64,000 nucleotides of DNA, from assembly GCA_963778115.1 (NCBI GenBank), contig CAVZSV010000004.1, positions 2,560,001 through 2,624,000 of the forward strand. Reading direction: 5' to 3'. Shown one piece after another: positions 29,320 to 37,477 of the stretch. The DNA is from an uncultured delta proteobacterium (lineage in GTDB: Bacteria > Bdellovibrionota > FAC87 > UBA2466). Positions within the stretch are counted from its first letter, which is position 1, and each line of letters begins with the position of its first letter. Under the pieces are notes generated by a model. That model made no database searches. It worked only from the letters and a program-made list of their open reading frames with translations, and was not told where the DNA came from. Made by a program: the position numbers and the translations under genes.

Positions 29320-30498
29320 GCGTCTCGGTGTTTGCTATAGACGGAGGAGATCTTAAAGTAGGGAACGGCTTACTTGCTATTCTTCGGCCCGCCCTGATAA
29401 TTTCCGAAAATGGAGCTATCGTTCACCTAATTTCTTCGCAGCGGTCCAATCGGGAAGACTTGGCCCGATGGTGCTCGAATCGAAAAACACGAATACCTTG
29501 GATTTAAAGCCATCACGTCGGAAAAGGATAACCATGAAATTCGACGAGGCCGCTTCCCGTTATTAAAGGAGGCGATGATCCCAGAGACAGGCTCGGCCCC
29601 TTCCGATTCAGGACTTGCTCCTTTGGGAAGCCTTTACGAAGTGGGTTCTCAAGATAACCACTTCCCTTACCGAACTCGTTCTGAGTCGGCGTTCGGTGAA
29701 GTTTCGAGTCTCTACGCCCAAGCCGTTAATGCACAGTGGAGTGCCGAAAGAGACATTCCGTGGAGTAGTGCTAAACCCATAAGCCCGCGTCTGGATTGGG
29801 CCGTTACTCAAGTGATGACCTTCTTGAGTGAAAATGAACTTTCCGCTCTTTACTTGCCTTCTCGATTTGTTTCTCAAATCCATCCGTTCTTTGTGGAAAG
29901 TTCACAGTTCTTGGCTACCCAAATTATCGACGAATCTCGACATATCGAAGTGTTCTTGAGAAGAGCCCGACTCTCGGGAAAATACCGGGGGGTAAGTTCT
30001 GTCGTGACCGCGCAGTCACTGTTGTCACTATTGGCGGCGCGTGATTTCTTGGAGAGTTCGTTCCTGCTATCGGTCCTGGGAGAGGGAACGTTCGTCGATC
30101 TTCTCACTTATCTCGAGAAAAACGCCCCCGACGAAGTCACCCGAACCATCGTGACGCTAGCGAGAAATGATGAAGCCAGACACGTTCATTTCGGCATGTC
30201 CCATGTTCGAGAGGCTATTTTGCGGGACTCCTCGGTGGTGAGGCGACTTCGGGAAGCTGTCGAGCGCAGAAATCACTCTTTGAGTAGCCTTACCGGTGCG
30301 CCCGATTTGCTACAGGATAGTCTTGTGGTTCTTGGGGCTGGATCCGATCTTGTCGCTGACATTCCCAAAGGGTATCGAAAGTACCAAGAGCTTCTTGAAA
30401 CCATGGAATTAAATCGAGTCCGAAGGCTTCAAAGTGCCGGCTTCTCGGAAACTGAAGCCAAAGAGATCTCAAAACTTCATACCCCCAATTTTATGTAG
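29316..30498 (+). pseudogene. TusA/SirA-like domain fused to a ferritin-like diiron domain, split by a +1 frameshift near 29475
   Basis: IDGGDL...DLARWC (TusA-like); removing T29475 continues RIEKHEY...EAMIPETG into ORF 29575-30498, which has ENE, DESRH, GEG and DEARH diiron motifs. Confidence 0.75.
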
Positions 30499-30502
30499 CG
30501 AA

Positions 30503-32389
30503 TTAGGCGGCAAAACTTTGGGTATTATACATTTCGTAAAAGTAACCCCTAAGTCTTAGAAGTTCTTCTATCGTTCCACTCTCCACTACACGGCCCTTCT
30601 CAAGAACGATAATCTTGTCTGCCTTCATAATGGTGGAGAGCCTATGGGCCACCAAGATTACAGTCTGTCGTTCAGAGAGTTTTTCAATGGCATGACTAAT
30701 AGCCTGTTCGGTCTTTACGTCCAAGCTACTAGTAGCTTCATCTAACAATACGATTGGGGCTTTTCTAATGAAAGCTCGAGCTAGCGAGAGACGCTGCTTT
30801 TCTCCTCCGGATAATTGAACTCCACGATCCCCTATCTGGGTATCCAACCCGTGGGGAAGCTGCCTAACCATTTGGTCTAGAACTACGCTCTCCAGAATGG
30901 CCATCGTCTCCTTATCTGAGAGCGATACCGAGTGGCCGTAGTTTAAATTAAATCGGATAGTGTTGTTGAAAAGCAAATTATCCTGACTAACGGTTGCGAT
31001 AAGCGATCGGATCGATTTTAGGGAAAAGTCTCTTATGTCTCTTCCATCGATGAAAATCGTTCCCGCGGGAACATTGTAGAGACGCTGAATGAGTTGGATA
31101 ATAGTAGATTTTCCCGCGCCGGAATGGCCTACCAGTGCGGTCATCTTTCCCTTTTCAAAGATCAACGAAACATTTTTAAGGGTTTCGTTTCGCCCTTGAA
31201 ACGAAAAATTCAAATTCCGGAATTCAATATTCTTATCAAAGGAAGTAAGTTCTTTCGGCCCGTCGGAAATGATTCCCTTGTCTGAGAGATCCATAATTTC
31301 TTCGATGGCTTCCAAATTTCCGGAGACGTTCGAAAAAACGGCGAAACCTCCGCCGACTTGATTTAACGATTGGACTGCTCGACGCAGGACGTAGAGGAAT
31401 AGTAGGTACTGCGTTCCTTTCGGCGTGTGGAAGTGGACCGCTAGCAGATTTGCACAACTCAATAGCGCAATGATGAGAGAGACTCCAGCTACTTCTTGGA
31501 CGACAGGGAGGACGGCTCCTTTTTTGGCGGCAATAAACTGGTATTCAAACATCTCCTGGAAATGACCGGTCATATTACTTACCTCTTCGTGTTCCCGGTT
31601 ATTGGCTTTGACCAAGGGAAGGCAGCTCAGCGTATCGGTAACTAGAACATTGGCTTGTTGCGCCTTTCGATTTGCTCGGCCGCTTATCGATTGAATCCTA
31701 ACGCGAATCTTTTCCGTAAGGAGCGATATCCAAGGTAGCAAGAACACTACTAAGAGCGATAGGGGAACGGAGATCTTGAGCATGACGAGAGCATAAGCGA
31801 CGGCATAGACAGCGCTGTTCGCGATAGTAACAACTTGAGGGAGGAAGTAAGACAAGTTTTGAGTTTGGCCGCTAATGACTTCAACCACCCAAGCGGGAGA
31901 GGTTTTATCGAAATAGGCTTTACCGAAACGAATCGCGTTGCCAACCAAGGCCGTTTTTAGGGACACCCCTGCTTGTAAAGTCTTCTTATTGATATTTACC
32001 GTCGTATAGAAATCGATGACCTTCTTTGCGAGAAAAAGAGATAGATAGGTGAGGATAAGGACCATGAAAAGTTTGGTGGGTGAGGCCGAGAGTGCATTGG
32101 GAATCGGAATGACAATGTTTTCTCTTATCTTGAGCTCGTGCGGATTCCAATTGGACTGCACGATACTCTCTGAAATGGGAATGAGTAGCCCGACTGTCGC
32201 GATTTCAAGGGCTGCGGAGAAAAACGATCCTATGATCGAGTAGGAAAATTCAATGAGGGGTATTCCGGCTTTTTTGAGCAATTGAAAACAGCGACGAGCG
32301 ACAAAAAGGCTCTGCAGCCAATTTCTAATCTTTCCGCGAGTCAGCCATTTCTTTACTAGGGTGCGCATGGTCAAAGGAGTTATCGACAT
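30503..32389 (-). CDS. ABC exporter, fused permease/ATPase (MsbA/HetA-like)
   Basis: GHSGAGKST, LSGGEKQR, LLDEATS and AHRLST motifs; N-terminal TM domain. Confidence 0.92.
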   Translation of the reverse strand: MSITPLTMRTLVKKWLTRGKIRNWLQSLFVARRCFQLLKKAGIPLIEFSYSIIGSFFSAALEIATVGLLIPISESIVQSNWNPHELKIRENIVIPIPNALSASPTKLFMVLILTYLSLFLAKKVIDFYTTVNINKKTLQAGVSLKTALVGNAIRFGKAYFDKTSPAWVVEVISGQTQNLSYFLPQVVTIANSAVYAVAYALVMLKISVPLSLLVVFLLPWISLLTEKIRVRIQSISGRANRKAQQANVLVTDTLSCLPLVKANNREHEEVSNMTGHFQEMFEYQFIAAKKGAVLPVVQEVAGVSLIIALLSCANLLAVHFHTPKGTQYLLFLYVLRRAVQSLNQVGGGFAVFSNVSGNLEAIEEIMDLSDKGIISDGPKELTSFDKNIEFRNLNFSFQGRNETLKNVSLIFEKGKMTALVGHSGAGKSTIIQLIQRLYNVPAGTIFIDGRDIRDFSLKSIRSLIATVSQDNLLFNNTIRFNLNYGHSVSLSDKETMAILESVVLDQMVRQLPHGLDTQIGDRGVQLSGGEKQRLSLARAFIRKAPIVLLDEATSSLDVKTEQAISHAIEKLSERQTVILVAHRLSTIMKADKIIVLEKGRVVESGTIEELLRLRGYFYEMYNTQSFAA

Positions 32390-32450
32390 GTTGCGTCAAT
32401 AACTTTAGCGTTAACGACGACGATAGATAAGATGGGATTTCAATGGCTTA

Positions 32451-32503
32451 CGATACCAAGGGTTCGGGCCAAAGGAAATCTTTGGCCCGAACCCTTGGTA
32501 TCG
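32451..32503. repeat. perfect 24-bp inverted repeat (hairpin)
   Basis: CGATACCAAGGGTTCGGGCCAAAG-GAAAT-CTTTGGCCCGAACCCTTGGTATCG. Confidence 0.9.
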
Positions 32504-32512
32504 AACTAAGGC

Positions 32513-33145
32513 TCACCAGTAGCCGCGCTGACAGGTTCCGTTCACGCAGGTGGCAAAGCCCCCGGGGCCCGCGATAGCAGTTCCACAGACACCGTTGACC
32601 GGCGAGCAGCCGTGGATTCCCACACCGACACCTTCGCCTGGAATGTAGACGACGCCACCGTAGAATTGATTGCCGTTGGTCGGGTTATAGAAGTAACCGC
32701 CGAGTGCTCCATCGCCGTATGTGTCGAAAATAGAACCACCTCCAATTTCGAGGGGCTGCCCCTGCGAATTGTAGTAAGTGTTTCCCGAGCGGGTCCAAGT
32801 GTACGGGCCCTGGGTTCCGCTGCTCTCATACATTGCATTCTCGCTGTAAGTCGCAGAGGTCCCAAGTGTGATTTGATTTACATTGGGATAGGCGTACGCG
32901 ACTACCACTCCGAGATCCGCCGTTTGGGCTGGAGCCTGCGTTCGGTTGCTCGCTGTTGATTGCTCCAGTTGCTGATTCAATACGGTGCTTGCCACCTGCA
33001 TTTGCGACGTAGGGGAGGCGAACGCCGTGGAGTTAGCTGAAGGGGTGTTAGAGGTAGCGCCGTAGGGCCTTGCGCAGCCGACCATCGCGATGGCAAATAG
33101 AACACCCAGGCCATTACGAATTGTTTTAATAAGTAGGTTCTGCAT
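32513..33145 (-). CDS. hypothetical lipoprotein with a Gly/Tyr/Cys-rich C-terminus
   Basis: Lipobox MVGC; RBS AAGGAG; upstream sigma54 motif. Confidence 0.7.
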   Translation of the reverse strand: MQNLLIKTIRNGLGVLFAIAMVGCARPYGATSNTPSANSTAFASPTSQMQVASTVLNQQLEQSTASNRTQAPAQTADLGVVVAYAYPNVNQITLGTSATYSENAMYESSGTQGPYTWTRSGNTYYNSQGQPLEIGGGSIFDTYGDGALGGYFYNPTNGNQFYGGVVYIPGEGVGVGIHGCSPVNGVCGTAIAGPGGFATCVNGTCQRGYW

Positions 33146-33189
33146 TAGTCTCTCCTTTTGTTTTATTTCTTCGAATAAGGTTCTACAAA

Positions 33190-33205
33190 TGCAAGCGGTG
33201 ATCCA
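33190..33205 (-). promoter_or_regulatory. sigma54 -24/-12 promoter
   Basis: TGGATC-ACCGC-TTGCA upstream of the gene starting at 33145. Confidence 0.55.
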
Positions 33206-33581
33206 GAGGATGGGAAAGCTGAGAGTTGCTAATTTTTTTTAAAAACCACAGACGATCGGGTCACCTCATCGTTCAACAGGAAGCGATGACAGGATTTCCT
33301 TGGGGGCATTACGAGCATGGTTCAATGGTTTGGTTAGTACGTGCGTGGAGAGTTACGAACGAGGAGAATTGATATTCGGTAAGTCCTCCTAATACGAAAG
33401 GAAAAAGACCTCCTCAAAGGGGATCGAGTGCTGAAAATACCATCAAGAATGTAACGTCCTTGGACTCCTGTTTAGGTATTTCGCTTTTACGTCTGAATAT
33501 ACAGCGACCTTGTTTCGCCCAAGTCGACTTCAATTATGGAGAAACTTTCATTTTTCTACTTTTATCTGGTAACGAGCCGAC

Positions 33582-34925
33582 ATGAGCCATACTAGCTCTC
33601 TATCAGGAACCGCCCCGCAACAGTTTTTTGAGAATTTGGACGATAACGCATCGAAGTATCGTAAACGGGAGCGTGTCGTGCTTAGGGTCAAAGTCCAATG
33701 GAGTCGAAAGCAGATTGAAGCGGAAAAGCTAGCGATTCGCTCCGAACTTGACCTCATATTGAAAGAACGTGGTCATAAGCGTCGTCTGCAGCACATATTG
33801 TCTAAAATCCGCGAGACGAAGGAGGGAGAAACCTCCCTCGATCAGCTGCGATGCTTTATTTATGTTATCTCAGCACTCATTCATCAAGATCGTTTTGGAG
33901 GCGTTCCTCTTAGACAAGCACAAAAAATAGTAACTCTGGCTTATGCTCTTTTGCACATTCAAGGGATAGAACCCATAAGCTCCCAACTCGCTTTTCTTTA
34001 CGGAGAGGTCCATTTAGCTCTGAGCCAAGTATACCGGCGTGAAGGTTTCCATTGGATGGCGGCATGGGAACAGCAATTATCTAAATATCTATCTGGGAAA
34101 TCTTCCGAAGCTCATGAAGGTTTTCAAAACTTGGCGAGTGGAATCCGTCTATTACGCTTGGGACACGGAGGTTTTGCCGCAAAGATCTATGAGTCTGCTG
34201 AGAAAGAGCTGACCGAACATGCCAAAGTCCGCTGCCAAATCGATCGCATTCGTCTCTTACGTTTCGGAGGAGATCTCAAAGGGGCGATCGAATTAATAGC
34301 GGAGTGCCAGGAACTTCCTTTCTTGCGTGCGGAAGAAAAGATGGAGTTAGCCTGGGAAAGAAAATGCTCGGAAGCTTCCTCCGATGGAAATGTAGATGCT
34401 TTGGTGCTTAGCGTTAGAAGAAGTGGAAAGCACCACGACTATTCTTACCTCATCGAAGCTTTCCTCTGGTCTCGATCGGTAACTTCCAAGAAGTGGGTGG
34501 AAAGATTTTCTACCATGAGAAGTCTCTGTCATGATCCGAAACTTAGGGCTCCGACGCAGTCTCTTTTCTATAAAAGCGCTTTGGCGATCCAACGCTGTTA
34601 CGATTACGAGATTCCTTTTTTGATTCGGTTACGACACTTGGGAAAAATGCTCGCAAGAATTCAGAAATTGGTAACCGTAGATCAAGAGCTTCTCGTTTGG
34701 GCCGCGACGGCGCGTTGGCTAGTGAGAAGCCGATCCTTTTCCCTAGCCTGCCTCGCTATTAGCGAATATCAGTCTTTAAGTCTGCGCCTGAGTTCTGGAA
34801 CCAACGACGATGCACTGGGAGTGATGGCCGATCTACTAGCCAGCGAATGGTTTACCAAGAATCAGTCCGTGTTTACCAAACGCGCTCTATCACCGATGGC
34901 CCGTCCTTGGCGGCGAACGGGATAG
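33582..34925 (+). CDS. hypothetical alpha-helical (TPR-like) protein
   Basis: 447-aa ORF, helical and basic; no recognised motif. Confidence 0.6.
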   Translation: MSHTSSLSGTAPQQFFENLDDNASKYRKRERVVLRVKVQWSRKQIEAEKLAIRSELDLILKERGHKRRLQHILSKIRETKEGETSLDQLRCFIYVISALIHQDRFGGVPLRQAQKIVTLAYALLHIQGIEPISSQLAFLYGEVHLALSQVYRREGFHWMAAWEQQLSKYLSGKSSEAHEGFQNLASGIRLLRLGHGGFAAKIYESAEKELTEHAKVRCQIDRIRLLRFGGDLKGAIELIAECQELPFLRAEEKMELAWERKCSEASSDGNVDALVLSVRRSGKHHDYSYLIEAFLWSRSVTSKKWVERFSTMRSLCHDPKLRAPTQSLFYKSALAIQRCYDYEIPFLIRLRHLGKMLARIQKLVTVDQELLVWAATARWLVRSRSFSLACLAISEYQSLSLRLSSGTNDDALGVMADLLASEWFTKNQSVFTKRALSPMARPWRRTG

Positions 34926-35175
34926 TAGATCCGAACTGAGTACGCGAAAAAACGGATTCCTTTAGACGCTTTACCTGATATCGGCCTGACAAAATTGAAA
35001 AAATCGGTGTCGAAGTCTTAGACACCTGACGAATGTGTCGCCATTACCGGCAATTAGCTTCGTTAGTCGCTCCGCGGGCCATTTAGCCGGACAAAAAAAA
35101 CAATTGAGTAACAAAATCGCAAATCTGTTTTTCTGAAAATTCAGGGGCTTGGATTATCTCGTGAATAAGGCAGCT

Positions 35176-35191
35176 TGGCACGAACCATGCG
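35176..35191 (+). promoter_or_regulatory. sigma54 -24/-12 promoter
   Basis: TGGCAC-GAACC-ATGCG upstream of the gene at 35222. Confidence 0.6.
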
Positions 35192-35221
35192 AATAAGGAA
35201 GTCCATTGGTTGAGGAGATCT

Positions 35222-35836
35222 ATGAAATTGTTTCGTGTGCTCAGTCTTTTAGTTCTAGCGTTTGGCCTTTCCGGTTGTCTTTCGGAAGGAAGTTCGGACA
35301 GTAGTGCCCTTCCGTCGGATCTAGTCCCCGCTGATTCTAGGCCAAGTACGAGCTCTGAAGGATTGCCAGGCTATATGGCGACACCCAATGCCATAGTGCT
35401 AAATGTCGATCCCACTTCGGGAGATGTGGATATTCAAGCTCCGCCAAATACTTTCCAAGCCTTCAACGGCGATAACAGTGCTTTAGTGGTTTCGATTTTT
35501 CACGCGCAAGAGACTGACGTAGGGGAGCTGTACGCAGCTCCGAAGGAGAATGATACTTTACCAGCTCAGTATGACGGCTCGGATTATCCTTCGTCCGATG
35601 GGAGTTTCAAGACGAGTATTTCGATGCCCGTTCCCAAAGCTATCGTGATCGCTTTAGGACAAAAGCCCAATAGCGACGACGTGACTATTATCGATCGTGA
35701 CGATACGACCCATCCGATGTTTGCCATCTATATCCCGGTCCCCTCAATCACGGGAACCACTTACGTTCCGCTTTCCACAGTTTTAGCGGACTTCATGACG
35801 TGGTGGAAAAATCACGTTCCAGGAGCAACTTTTTAA
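35222..35836 (+). CDS. hypothetical lipoprotein
   Basis: RBS GAGGAG; lipobox LSGC. Confidence 0.7.
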   Translation: MKLFRVLSLLVLAFGLSGCLSEGSSDSSALPSDLVPADSRPSTSSEGLPGYMATPNAIVLNVDPTSGDVDIQAPPNTFQAFNGDNSALVVSIFHAQETDVGELYAAPKENDTLPAQYDGSDYPSSDGSFKTSISMPVPKAIVIALGQKPNSDDVTIIDRDDTTHPMFAIYIPVPSITGTTYVPLSTVLADFMTWWKNHVPGATF

Positions 35837-35847
35837 AAAGTTTCGAA

Positions 35848-36354
35848 TTAGAATCGACAGAGCTGCTGGACAATGACGTTTACGAAATTTGCTTGGATAC
35901 ACTGGTAAAATTGATTCACGTTCGCAAGCGGCTGACTGAAACAATAAAAGTTAAAACCGACGCCAAAAGGAGTTACGTAGCCGTTGCCGTGGGCTACCGT
36001 TCCTTGATAAGGCGTGACGAAAGCGATCTGCTCATTATTAAAAGAGACATTGTGATTTTGTCCTCCATTTGGACTTTTCCACTCCAATACCTCACCCCCG
36101 TATCCGAACCAGTCATTATAGTAAGCGAGTAATCCCGTCGAAGGACTCACCACCGCTTCTTGAGCGGGAATCAAAGGACGAGGAAGTCTAGGATCGTAAG
36201 CGTTCCATCGTAACAGTCCGCAGTCGTTAAGACCGTCGGCGACCGCTTGAGCGGCGTCGCGTGCTATCTGAGGAACCGATGAAGGAAATGCAATCGCAGG
36301 TGAGTCTTGCAAGGTGATTAATAGAGAAATACCAACTAAAAAAATCCGTTTCAT
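35848..36354 (-). CDS. hypothetical secreted protein
   Basis: RBS GGAGAGG; signal peptide MKRIFLVGISLL...AIA. Confidence 0.6.
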   Translation of the reverse strand: MKRIFLVGISLLITLQDSPAIAFPSSVPQIARDAAQAVADGLNDCGLLRWNAYDPRLPRPLIPAQEAVVSPSTGLLAYYNDWFGYGGEVLEWKSPNGGQNHNVSFNNEQIAFVTPYQGTVAHGNGYVTPFGVGFNFYCFSQPLANVNQFYQCIQANFVNVIVQQLCRF

Positions 36355-36444
36355 CGCCTCTCCGTCCATCTAAGTGAAGTGCCAGTACGCAGAGGTGCCG
36401 TCAAACTATGAAATTAACGCGTCGCTAAAGGTTTAGGGGGCTGA

Positions 36445-36662
36445 AAATGTGTCCGGGGTTTTCCACAAGGAAGTGGAAAACCCCGGACGACGCCTTGGTT
36501 TTTGAGGTGGATCGTTGAGACGGAAATCGTGAAGTCCCGGGCACCACCTTGCGGGGACAATTCTTATTTAGAAAATCTTTGTTGTCGTTCTCTCTGCCGT
36601 ACTTAAGTTGTTGTCCTAAAAGTTTGTTGCTCTAAGTTGTAGTTACCGTCATTGCTCGTGAA
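36445..36662 (-). ncRNA. candidate sigma54-dependent sRNA with ACAAC repeats
   Basis: Lies between a sigma54 motif at 36673-36688 and the 16-bp hairpin; no credible ORF; four CAAC(A/T) motifs in an A-rich 5' half. Confidence 0.4.
36451..36488. terminator. perfect 16-bp hairpin, probable terminator for a minus-strand transcript
   Basis: GTCCGGGGTTTTCCAC-AAGGAA-GTGGAAAACCCCGGAC. Confidence 0.65.
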
Positions 36663-36672
36663 CTAAAACTAG

Positions 36673-36688
36673 TGCAAGCGGAGGGCCA
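36673..36688 (-). promoter_or_regulatory. sigma54 -24/-12 promoter
   Basis: TGGCCC-TCCGC-TTGCA. Confidence 0.6.
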
Positions 36689-36985
36689 TGGGTTTTCGAA
36701 GCTAGACACAAACGGGGGGCTTATACTTTAGGAATACAAAATCATCAGTTTCGATCCAGTTACGAATGCCGAAATCAAAATAAATAAATTATAATAATTA
36801 GTTACACCACTGACTAGGTGCTGAAAATCTTTTCACCTGGTGTATACCCGCAAGACACACTCATCATCTCTTCCGACGTAGAGTTAGACGTAGGCGTGAA
36901 CGAACCCCGAGCCCTTTTAAGCCCCCAAAAGCCCTTTTTCGTCGCCTTTGGCGAGATCTCAGACACCGTTAGGCACAGGTGACCT

Positions 36986-37001
36986 TGGCCCAATACGTGC
37001 T
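36986..37001 (+). promoter_or_regulatory. sigma54 -24/-12 promoter
   Basis: TGGCCC-AATAC-GTGCT upstream of the gene at 37049. Confidence 0.5.
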
Positions 37002-37048
37002 GTTACTCCCCTTGAGAGTTATGGGGCTAACGCCCAGGGGGAAAACGA

Positions 37049-37348
37049 ATGTCTGTCATTAAATCTGTCTCGAAATTATTTGCCGCTCTCGTCGTCATGG
37101 CGACAGTGGCGGCTTGCGGTAACAGCACTCCGACCAATGGGCAAACGACAAACGGGCAATACCAAAACGGTCAATACTCGCAAACGGGAACGAACCCACA
37201 AAATTATCCTCAAGGGATCTCGCCGGGCTACCAACCGGGTATGGGTGGCGGCCAGTTTGGTGGGCAGGGCGGTCAATTCGGTGGCCAGTTCGGCGGTGGT
37301 CAATATGGCGGACAACAGGGTGGCGGCTATTATTATAACGGCGAATAA
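37049..37348 (+). CDS. small Gly/Gln/Tyr-rich lipoprotein
   Basis: Lipobox VAAC; NGQY and GGQ(F/Y) repeats; followed by a terminator. Confidence 0.75.
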   Translation: MSVIKSVSKLFAALVVMATVAACGNSTPTNGQTTNGQYQNGQYSQTGTNPQNYPQGISPGYQPGMGGGQFGGQGGQFGGQFGGGQYGGQQGGGYYYNGE

Positions 37349-37391
37349 TCTGGCATTTCGAATTTAGTATAAGCCTGCGAAATGCGGACTT

Positions 37392-37425
37392 GGGGGAAAC
37401 GGCTTGCCGCTTCCCCCTTTTTTTT
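37392..37425 (+). terminator. intrinsic terminator
   Basis: GGGGGAA.CGGC/GCCG.TTCCCCC hairpin followed by T8. Confidence 0.75.
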
Positions 37426-37477
37426 GTGCTCACCACACTTCTTGTAAAGACGCTGCTATCTTGGGTAGTATCGGGCC

